Assembly: GCF_009914755.1 (NCBI RefSeq)
Contig: NC_060936.1
Reading direction: 5' to 3' (one strand)
Source of the DNA: the human T2T-CHM13v2.0 reference genome, Homo sapiens
Length of the DNA stretch: 64,000 nt
The translations under genes were made by a program, and so were the position numbers. The notes beneath the pieces were generated by a model, which saw nothing but the letters and a program-made list of their open reading frames with translations, made no database searches and was not told where the DNA came from. Below are positions 13,027 to 24,452 of the stretch, in pieces (position 1 is the first letter of the stretch; every line of letters starts with the position of its first letter).

Positions 13027-13951
13027 GCTCAGTGTACACAAGATGTAGAACAAGTTCAGTAGAACCACACAGCTCTTGTTCCTCTTTCAAATTCATGTTT
13101 TATTTCTAAATTCATAAATGTATCCAAATGGAAATATAAATGCACCTGATCTCTCATCAGGTCACACACAAGAATCATATACATTTATTTCCTCTTCCCC
13201 CAACACTTCAGTAACCTCCATGATTTTTAAATCCTGCATTTTCTCTAGACCACAAATGACACCAAATTCAGCAGATCGAATCAAACCTGTATACTCAAAT
13301 TCTAATTCTATAGAAAGACAGTGAATGATTTCATAATCTTAACTCAGGAAAAAAAAAACAGCTACCACCTGCACCTGGATAGGTACCAGCAATGATTATA
13401 AAAACTAACTACATTAAATATAGTTAAACATTGCTGTACATTTTAGTACCTATTTGATTAATGACAAGAGTAGTGACAGACAGTTGCAATATGGAATCTA
13501 ATGTTTATACCCAAACAGTACATCAGTCATTTAGCCCAAATTTACCTTACTCCCACACAAACCTGGTGTCAGGCTTAGTGTTTATTTCTGTAAACTACCA
13601 AAAAAAAAAAAAAAAAAAAAAAAAGCTCAATATTCAATTTAAGTCTTAATTTTTTCACATGAACAAAATTTGTATGTGTTAAAGAAAATTCCAAAGCTTT
13701 TCATACCACTCTTGAATTCACTTTCGCCATTTCTCTGAAGCATTTATCACACTTCTCTTGAAAGTTTTGTGACCTACTCAGAAATCTTAACAATGACTCT
13801 ACTGTATAACTTGGGAAATTTGGTTTCTACTCTTTGGATTACTTTCTTTTGTTTTTTTGTTTGTTTGTTTTATTTTGTTTTTTTTTTTAACTCTCCAAAC
13901 CTAAATTGATTAGCTTCCTGCTGATGGTCCTTTTCATTAATAGGCAATGCC

Positions 13952-14273
13952 AGCCAGGCATGGTGGCTCACCCCTATAATCCCAGCACTTTGGGAGGCAG
14001 AGGCAGGAGGACTGCTTGAGCTCAGAAATTCAAGACCAGCCTGGGCAACATAGGGAGACCCCATCTCTACAAAAAATAAAAAAAATAAAAATTAGCTGAG
14101 CGTGGTGGTGCTTGCTTGTAGTTCTAGATACTTGAGAGGATGAGTCAGGAGGATTGCTTGAGCCCAAAACTTTGAGGCTTCAGTGAGCTATGATACCATC
14201 ACTGCACTCCAGCCTGGGGCAAGAGAGTAAGACCCTGTCTCAAATTATTAAAAAAAAAAAAAAAAAAAAAAAA
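13952..14273 (+). mobile_element. Alu SINE (AluJ)
   Basis: 'gcttgagctcagaaattcaagaccagcctgggcaacataggg' and 'gtgagctatgat' are AluJ-type. Long poly(A) tail. Confidence 0.93.
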
Positions 14274-16736
14274 GTCAGTGCCAGTCAGAAACAGGACCTG
14301 CAGGTTTTCCTAATTTTTTATAGCACATAAGTCTTAAATGAAAACTCAATATTATATTTGTCAATATGTTTTGAGAAATGAGAGGCTAAGTATAAGAAAT
14401 CCTATTCTTATTAGATAGCTATGACCTACATTATCTGGACCGTAGGAAAAATGTAAAAAAATATTTAGTTCTAATGATAGTCACTGTAAAACTGCAGACA
14501 GATATATAAGGGGTAGAGCCATAATCCAAAGCTGCCCAAAAGTTTTTCTACAAGAATTAGAGAAACTTTTTATTGTTTTAATCAAGAAAATTACACCTTA
14601 AAAAACATGTTTGAACCATTTTTTTTTTAAAAAAGACATGATTGAAATAAGCAAACCCAAAGTTTAAATGCTCCTCAGCTGGACTCTAACTGAGAGTAAT
14701 CACTGAATCTCATGGCTTGTTTTGTTTGTTTTTTCAGCTTTTGCTAAACTGTTTAACTCATGACAATTTTTCAAAGCAGCCAAGGAGGCCAAAGTAAAAT
14801 CACAGTAACACATAATGTAATGCAAAGGAAATGCTCAGAATGCACAAATTCCTGCATACAAAGGCAAGATGCTGATTCCCACCAAAGAGAAATGGAGTTA
14901 GCAATTGGAGAGGAAGAAATGGAGATACTCAACACTTAGATATGGAGTAAAGGAGGAGGACACTGGGGAGGAAGATCTCTGGGATGGAAAATGAAAATGG
15001 TTGTAACTTTCGCCCCATTGGTTTACTTTAAATCCAGCCTGTAGAATGAGAGAGTGTTTTTTGTCGTTGGTTTCTTTCTCCCTTCTTACAGCCCTCTCCA
15101 ACATGTGTGGCATCTAGCATCTGGGTTTGGGTGGCTTGTTATTATCTCTCTAAACATATAGTTTGATATCCCTTTAATTAAAATGGTGACCATCACCTAA
15201 AACAACTTTTCTGGAGACGGACCTTGTAAACCCACAAAACCCAGGCATGGGTTTGTTGAACCTGCAGGCAGTTTTGTTTAAGTGAGCATTAAAGACTTGG
15301 CAAGCCCTCCATGCTCTCATTTACTTACTCTCTATTATCTATCCACTTAATAATTTCAGAAACTTCAATCAGACTCTGACCAAAAAAATCCACACAGTGC
15401 TTGGGGTAGAATGATAATACCATCTGTTTTCATTCTTATGTGGGTTCTTTCCAACAGCACAATCCAGCATTCTGGTTGCTTGCTTTAAATGATCCTGACA
15501 TTATAGGTGATTTAAAGAAAACTCTCCTATGTCACTTGCCCCTTGCAAACATGCAGAATCTTTTTCCATGTGAAAAAGTCTAAAGTATTTTCATATTCAT
15601 GTTGATTGCATTTGAATTCTATAGATAAATAGGACCAATGTGAAATACTAAAAAAGATCCAAAGCTGCCTTTTTTTTTTTTTTTTTTTGTAATGGTTGGT
15701 AAGACTGAAAGCTCTTCTAAGGAGTTTATTTGGCATGAGACTTCTAATTCTCTTTCCTAAAGTCTAGATGGCAATTTTTTCTTAAAAAAAATAAAATCCA
15801 AACCATCCCTAAAAATAGAAACTACTAACTTACTGAGAACCTTTTATATACTGACTTTTCAAATGTGAAGCTCTCCTTTACAGTATTCCTTAAGAATCAG
15901 ATTACAATACTATTATCCAAGCCCTAGGAATAAACAGTTATATCGTTTCCTTCAAGTCATGGTAACAACTGAGAATTGAGAGTGAAGGTCAAATGTTTTA
16001 AAACTCTTTGACACAGGAAGAATTAGCCAATGGGATGGAAAAATACATTCTAAATAATTCACTTTTGCAGATTTAACAATCAATATGGAGCACCATATGA
16101 TAGCTATGGCTCCAACAATCTGTATCAATCATGAAGATTGGCAGTGGCAAGCTACACAGACCAATTTTTGTCATGCTACCACAGTCGACTTTACAGTCTA
16201 TGTGTAACCAAGACTGACTCTGGTGCTTTCCCCGACACACCACACAGCCCCTTCCAAGATCTGCTTCCAACACATTCAAGGGCTTTTCTGAACCAAACCT
16301 GACTGAAAACCTTTGGAGACTGGCGCACAATTCTTACGATACTCCATGTTTTCCTTCCAAAGGCTGCATCTTTAATACATTATATTGGGTTTTTCCCATC
16401 ACACATTTAATGTGTGAAATTTCTAAACTCTTCCCCTTCACTTATCTAAATTGAACTTTGGCAGCCAACAGTTAACTGTTGGAGAGTTGCTTAAAACGAT
16501 CAAACCCTTACTAGATCTGATTGCAAGGAGTATCAGTGCCAAGATAGAAATTTCAGTCTTCATCATACACAAAATCAATATGTATGCTTCGCTCTGGAAA
16601 GAAAGCCACCTTGAAAATAATTAATAAAACATCAAAGCTGCACACAACTTCAAAAGTCCACACGAGACTGAAACATTTGAGGCAATTAAAAGAAATTACT
16701 AATTTATACAAGGTGGTACTTCTCTTCGAAAGGTAT

Positions 16737-16740
<4 letters not shown>

Positions 16741-16774
<34 letters not shown>
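16741..16774. repeat. (AT)17 microsatellite
   Basis: Counted directly from the sequence. Confidence 0.97.
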
Positions 16775-16777
<3 letters not shown>

Positions 16778-17224
16778 GCTAAGTGAAGACAAATCTCAGT
16801 TTTGGCTTCAAAATGGCAATTTAAAATCTTAACAACACACCCATAGCAATTCTGAATGTTACATTAAATACATAAGCTTTGAGAAGCCTTAAGAATAATT
16901 TGGAAATATTTAAATAATGTAAAAAAACCATAGAGAACTGCAACCTGTATTTCCATTGAATTATAGTGCACAGACATATTATTAGAATTTATATTTAAAA
17001 AGCATAACTTTTACCTTTATAATATGTACACAGATGAAATAACTTCCATAAAACACATGACAACAAAATACATTTCAACTATTAATTGTATTTTACTGTC
17101 CTACAAAGTTACCTATCGTTTGCTTATTTTTAAATCTTAAATAGATATGCTGTGTTTGATGGTGGATATTTTTAAAAACAGTTTTAAAAAAAGGTGACTA
17201 AGAAGTAACACTAGCTATGGAAGA

Positions 17225-17645
17225 GGGGAGAGAGAGAGAACTTTGTGAAGTGGGCGTGATAATACAGTTTGTACGAGGAGGAGGAGGTACCTGAAAAAGG
17301 AAAGCTTGACAGAAGATACGATGTTTGTTGTGGCTTTTGAATATGAGCCACAGTTATTGAACCTGTGATTACCTGGACAAGGGTAAGCAACTACATAGAG
17401 TGAAGGCTGGAAAGCTCTATTGGAGTGAGAGAGATAAGGGTCCTGTTTGCCTGGCTTAGGTGTTTAGACTTTAGCCTGTAGGCAACTGAAAGTCATTGAA
17501 GGCTTTCAATCAGGAGGATGACATAACCAGATTTGCATTTTTAAAAGATAACTGGCATCATCAGTGAGATAAATGGATCTGTAACAAGAGACAGGAGGCA
17601 GGGAGTCTGCTTGGGAGAACTCTGTGATACACTGTGACTCATGGT
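17225..17645 (-). mobile_element. L2 fragment
   Basis: 'gactttagcctgtaggcaactgaaagtcattgaagg...ccagatttgcatttttaaaagataac'. Confidence 0.65.
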
Positions 17646-20600
17646 AAGAACCTCAAGTAAGGTAAAGGCACTGATATTTGAGAGCAATTATCTCTATGCT
17701 CTCCACAAAGCCTCAACTTCACATATTCAATGTGTTAATTTCCAGGAACTACAAGGGTTTTCGAAAACTTTATTTAGCATTTCTAGAATATGTATCTTTA
17801 CAGAGCACTTTTTAAGGCATTTCTGAACCAAACCTCTCAACTTCCTTAGCAATGAAAGAATGTTTTATTGTCATTATAGAATTTTTTAATAGAAATATGG
17901 TTATTATGACTTAGTGTCTTTCATCAATGTCGTGAAACCATCAACTGCCCTCCTTCTCTGCTTACCATTAATTTTTTACACCTGATGATACAGCAAAAAT
18001 TACAACTCTGCCCAGGTGCAATTTCTGTCTCCCTTCCCCCATGAGTTTTGCTCTGTTCAACATCACCTCACGTAGCAGCCAAAATGATGAAAAGACATGG
18101 CATTTGTTTAAATTAAGAGAAAAAAAAGTAGGGTGGATAGAAATGCTCTAACAATAAAATTAAAAAAAAAAAACCAGCTTCAGAATTTACACAATATTTT
18201 CATTTTAAAGATAAAGTAAACTTGACCCAGCCAGGTTAAATGACTTGCCCAAGATAAGATCAACTGGTGAAAGGGTTTTTCTGCCAAGACCACAGGGAAC
18301 CATCTAACTGTTAACCCATACTTCCAAAGTTGTTCATGTCATAAATTATAACAAAGTTGTTAAATGCAACTTTGAGGAAAGTTATTTTCCAAGGACCTAC
18401 AAAATGTATGACATGAAAATAAATAGTACATTTTTGCATATTTCCTAAATTAAGGGGGATGTTTTTATTGTTTTATTTATTTTTATTAAATGAGAGAACA
18501 GTAATTTGGTATTTATTCACAAAGTTGCATTAATAATATCCTAATCCTGCAACGACACTGAAACACTAATTTGAAACCACTGATTAAAAAATTGTTTTCT
18601 TGGGTCCAATATGTATACTAAGGAGATCAGTCATTAAATTAATATAGTATCAATATACAGACAAAGTATCAATATATAGTATCTATATATACTAAGGAGA
18701 TCAATCAGTCCTTTGGTTATTGATGATTTATATGTTATAGCATGATTGAGCTGGTCAACTCTTCTTTTTGAGATACCTGATTTTTAAACACCTTTTTTTG
18801 TAGTTACAGTCGAGAGCCGATCTGTATTTTAATAAGTGATTAAACAAGTGTAGCACATTAACATCCTCATAATTCTACCTATGAGTTTTAAGATAGCGTA
18901 ATTATTCCACAGGAGAACTAAAAGTAATTAGTAGATAAACTTTCTGTGTTGTATACAATTACTACTGCTTTATTTTTTCAGAGTACAAGCAATGTAAGGC
19001 TCACAGAGGAAACTTTGGAACAATTATATATTGTTTTAACTTCAGGAATAAGTTCATACTACTTTTATTTCCTATTACAATTTTTAGCAAAATTGTATAA
19101 AGTTACTGGGAAGGCAAATTACTGCATGTAAGATAAAAATATGTTTCTGAGAGGACAAAATATCTTGAACTGAAAAGAATGCCTCTGTGTATTTTAGTCA
19201 GAAACAGTATTAATAACTACATGACACAAAAACATGTGAACACTTTGGAAAAATATTTAGTATAGATTAACCATTTCTATGATTGCAATGCTAACATATA
19301 GGAACTCAATAAATAAATGTTGAATATCAAATTAAAATTTGACATTAACTAAGTGCCACAATGTTATCTCCTACAATGATATATCTCTTAAATTTTCCCA
19401 CATTTCAAGAAAGTAACATCACGCTCTTAAAAAGATCAAAATGAAATTTGGCTTAGTTGACTTTAATTTTTGTGTGCATTTATGTAGACAAATATAATTT
19501 TTATCTGCATTTGAAACTTTTATTGCCAATGCTGGTTTCTATTGTCTGTCTATTTACTTCACCCAGGACTATGGACTGTGTGTTGAAACTTCCAATGTTT
19601 GAAGATCTGCTTCTTTGCCCTCTGAACTGTAAGTCACTTTGGTTCCAAAATATTGTTTGCTGCATTCTGATTGATCTGTGTGTTTTTGCATCTTCCCCAG
19701 GATTCTACAGCTATGGCACATTGCTTAAACCATGCAGAGTGAGCACAAATATTTGATAAGCAAAGCTGAATTTTTAAAAAGTCTTTTAGGGGGAAGAAAT
19801 GGCATTGTAGCTACTGTATGATTTTAATACATCTCATTGGAATGGCTAAGTTAAAAAACAACAACAACAATGAAGATTGCCAAAAAAGTAAACAAAAAAC
19901 AAACTTTAAGGACAAATTCCATGTACTTGCACTTATGTGAGTTAGAATTATTTTAGCCTGCTCTCTGTAATTATTAGCAGTAATACGCTTATTAACTTGT
20001 GAATTTAATACATATGGCATCAGTGTAAAATCCAATGATGATATCAAGAGAAATCACAAAATGATCGTTTTCTCTCTTTATCCTAAGCTGAGCAAGGAAC
20101 CTTTCCAAACAGTGTGAACTCATTGGCTTCCCCATAACTCTACAGAGCTCGCGCTGCCATATAACTGGGAATCAGAGAGGTGAGGTCATTTCATCACTCC
20201 TTGCAAAAAAATGCAAAACGTCTGCTAAAATCTGACTTCATTTGATTTACTCTCCAAGACTGTTTTTTATTAAATATGTTTGACTGCTATCTCTAATTAA
20301 ATGTAGAATTAATTTTGGCAAACTAACCACAGATGCAGTTTATGTTCAATTTTATCAGACAGATTTATTTATAAGCTGTCAACTTCTTGAAAGACTTCAT
20401 TTTGGAGCAGTTTTAAATTGCTAACAGTAGCTGTAAATGGAGCTACTGTTCTCTGGAACACTAAAGGAAAAGTATGCTATAAATGTCCATTCCATCTGTG
20501 AGGAATCATAAAACAATCACATTCCTTTATTTTTTTTCCTCCGTAGGACCTTTATTAAATTAGTTCAACTCAATTAAAAATAACTTCAAAAACATTTCAG

Positions 20601-21372
20601 AGCCTTTTGTTTCATGGAATACTTGGAACTCTCTGCACGGAACGTCACCCTTTTAACTAATCCCTTTTACTAAATGGAGGAGAATAGTGGTATTGTGACT
20701 TCAGACAGTGCTTTCAAGGGTCTCTACTGTACCGAATTGAGGTCACTGCAAGACAATGCTCAACACCCAATAGCCATTCAAACGTTCTTCACAACTCTAT
20801 CAAACGTGTCTTTCTTTCTCTCACCCGCTTTCTCTCATGGCAAACTCAGAGGACAATGGAAAAAGCCTCCAGCACCATTTATGGTCACCATATTTGCACA
20901 TGACAAAATCTATTCTTCCTGGTTTGCCAACTCCCTGTAAAAAGAATGAACCCTGGGATAGATTTTCCCACCGTTACTGTTATTCAAACTTACTTTGTAT
21001 TTAATTTTGTTGTTGTTGTTGTTAGAGGGCTGATGCATGGCATTTGAGAAGCTGACTTGCTATTTTCGAGCATGTGTAACAAAGCAGAGACTAAATGCAG
21101 AATTAAATATGTCACATTATAGCCAGCATATGCATGACGGAGCATACAACTCAGGACAAAGCAGAGACAAATGATGGGACTGGAACTATTATACCTTGTC
21201 TTATTGTTTAGTGTTATCAGTATTATAAAACTCACTGTTTCCCTGTGAACCAACATGTCTGTGCCCCACAAGCACTATTTAGTTTTGCCTGGGAGTTTTT
21301 ATGGCTGCAGCCACAAACAAACAAAATCAATTGCTGTAAATTTCTCTCACCAGGGCTGCTCCTTTCGAAAAG

Positions 21373-21405
<33 letters not shown>

Positions 21406-21672
21406 TGTATCCAGAGCCTCATCCTCCAAACAAACAAGAAAGAACACATATTTGCAAGCTATATAGTAAAGTTGTTACAATTAAGATTTTGATTTTAATT
21501 AAGAATGGGATTTGTAGGACAATTAGTGAGATGTAATATTCTTTGCAAGAAACGGTGCCCTTATTGGAAATACCATATAAAATGGAATTGGGGGCATTTG
21601 GAGCTGCACAGAGACTTGTTTCTATGGATTTCTACAGATAATGAGAAGAAAAATACCAGCAAAATGTAGATA

Positions 21673-21700
21673 ACTCACCTGAAATGCAGAAATATTAATA
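21673..21700 (-). other. Juxtaposed 3'SS/5'SS (candidate recursive splice site)
   Basis: The - strand reads tattaatatttctgcatttcAG|GTGAGT. Confidence 0.4.
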
Positions 21701-22309
21701 CTGTTTGATCTTTTTTTTTCTTAGTTTTTTCTTCTCTTTAATTCAGGTCATAGTTATCTTTGCTGTTGAGATTTTAGTCAGGTGTCCTCTTACTATTAAT
21801 ATACTTTATAAATTCTTCATTTATTCTAAACCACTAATTATTAGAAGTATACCTCATCTCATTTGCTTTTATAAAGATTTAATTACACAAAGATATAATG
21901 ATAGATTTAACGATAATAATGGCAACAAACTTCTCAGTTATGTTGGTCATGCTTAGCTGCCCTAACATTACAAAGAGGACTCTTTCTATTATTCTGTCAT
22001 GTTAAAGAACAGAATTTGTGTAATTCCTTAAATGTTAGAATAACCTTTCCTTGACAGCATATAGATTTTCATGTGTTATGAAAACTAAAAATGCATTCCC
22101 TAATCAAACGGCTGATAATTTTTCAAGTGTATTCAATTTGTTATACAATACAATTTTTATTTCTCCTCTTCACCATAAGATTAAGCCTTAGTAAGCAAAT
22201 TAAAGGACCTCCTTCCCTGAACACATGAAAAAATTGTAATAGTGACTATTTCATCAGTTATTATGCCGTGAATTACAAAGACCAAATATATATAATCACA
22301 CATACAAGA

Positions 22310-23300
22310 TTTAAAACATGTACTGAGCACCAACTTTCTGCAACATTTATTCTACAGTATTTTCTAAGCATATGCTATCTGCCAGGCATTGTACCAAGCC
22401 ATGCTACAGTACAATACACATTGTAGATGCCTTAATGCAGTTTATAATCGGCTGGGAAAACATACAATTAAACATTTGTAATCACTCACTGTGAAGCACT
22501 GTAGGTGCAGAAATAGGTATAACGTTTTTTTCTCAGTTTAGAAGTCAAAAGGGGAACTTCCCCAGAACTATGGGAGGCATCCTGAGTGTAACTTACCACA
22601 GTTATTGAGTAGCCATCTGAAAAGCATCGTGCTAAATTTATTAGGATTGAAAGGTGAAAAACTTAGAATATAGCTATAGCTGGGGTTTGGGAAAGAGTAG
22701 AGGAGAAGCAAGAAGGAATAAAATGTAAAAACACAAGGAAACAGTAATATGTCTGGATCATAATGAGGAATAATTAGTGGCCCACTTTATTTCTAATGAG
22801 GCTATTTATATGGAATTAGGGCAAAATAGGTCTGGAAATCTAGGCTGGAGCCATAGAGTACTTGCTGGTCCTTAAGTGCTACCCTTAAGTACAGCTGACT
22901 CGTGTGGGACGAGATAGAGAACTAGAAAAACAAATTCCAAGGCTTCTTCAGGATCTCACCGGAGAAGGAATGAGAGTCTGGTGTTTCTGCAGTGCAAGAG
23001 GAAAGGAGGAAAGGCACTGAGGAGATAAAAAATCTGTATGATTTGGAAACCACAGATATGGTGGGCAAAAGAGGAAGTAAGTCAACATGATCTGAACAGG
23101 TTTACATTAGTCTGGATGTATCTATAAGGTTGAACTATGTGAAACTGCCAATCTAAAATATCCAGGTGATATTTGATCAGAGGCAGTGGAGAAAGAAGAG
23201 CAGTCCAAGGGGATAAATTCAGTTTGTGTCTAGATTCAGGAAGCAGAAGGGTGAAGTGGAGTCAGTAAAATGGTTAAGTGAAACAGTCTACTGTAGAGAT
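22310..23300 (-). mobile_element. Degenerate L2 fragments
   Basis: 'tactgagcacc', 'tgccaggcattgt' and a purine-rich L2-like body. Confidence 0.45.
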
Positions 23301-24254
23301 GGGATTCTGACTTAATTTCCTTAATATCACAGAAAAACATGGGAGAGCTCCTGACTTTTATCTCCAGTGTTAGCTTCAAAATAGATTTCATATCTTGAGT
23401 ATCTCTCCAAAACCTAAGATTCCTGATTCTTTATTTTGCTCCTTCATTATCCTTTAATTAAATCCCTTATGTGTGATATTCTTTAAAATGAAATCTTAGT
23501 TTAAAAATAGTCCTCTATACATTTCATTTCAGAATCCATTATGTCAAGGGAAAATATTGGAAGTAAAATATGAACATGGCACATTTCAACAATTCAAACG
23601 TCCACTACCAGTTACAATAACTTTGCTCTTGTTATCAGCTGTCAGCATTAGTTTCAAAAGTGGTGCTCCTCATGCAGTTTCTAATCATCTTCTCCCTCCC
23701 ATTTTATTCTAGAACTCCAGTGTAAACCCAAAAGGCATAAACTGCCTTTTAATAGTTGTTCTGTTATGCATAGCCCTAACCTATCACTACATGTTTTACA
23801 TTAATACTACAAATGATACATCTTAACTATAGTTATCTTTTTACTAATTGATAAGCTTTATATAATAACAATGATGCTAACAGAAACCTTTAAGTGATTA
23901 TATTTATATAAATCACTTGGCTATCTGCCTTTTTCACTTTCTAACTACCTTGTGGAAGAAGTGTTGTTAACATCATACTCTCACAATGATTATGTGAGAC
24001 ACAGGCTGACTTCAAAACCACAAGGACTACCTGAAAAAAGAGGGCGCATGTTCTTAGCATGGCTGACGTATACAGCCACCACTATCCTACTGGATTCCTC
24101 TGTTCAAATTAAAAAGATACTTTCTTTTGCCTGACCTTGCCCAGCAAGCAAGAGCATGGCCAGGAAGAGGGGCAACAGATGCCTTTCAGCCTGTTCACCC
24201 TGAATTCATCCCCTCAATGGAATACCTTTGGGCCATCTGAAAACTACACAATGT

Positions 24255-24452
24255 AATGTGGGCTCATGCCAGGGACTCTGCTATATGTGCCCCAGATACA
24301 CTATCTCAGTTCATTCTCACCATGGCTCTATGAGTTGGATACAACTTTGTGCCCACTTTACAGAGGTCAACTAACTTGCCCACAGTCATAGCTAGTCAGG
24401 GGAAACATCAAAGTTGTCAGATGGCAGCGTGACCTCAGAGCCCTCATTCTTA
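24255..24452 (-). mobile_element. MIR SINE
   Basis: 'cccactttacagagg...taacttgcccacagtcatagctagt'. Confidence 0.65.

Noticed and set aside
13600-13624. Orphan poly(A) runs as extremely truncated retrotransposons
   Set aside because: No target-site duplications were found around them.
22604-22616. ATGGCTACTCAA matches the first codons of CTNNB1 (MATQ)
   Set aside because: The match is only 12 nt and is followed by a stop codon, so it is coincidental.
23125-23152. Possible MADE2-type mariner TIR fragment (taaggttgaactatgtgaaactgcc)
   Set aside because: Only one short, diverged end is present, too little to call.
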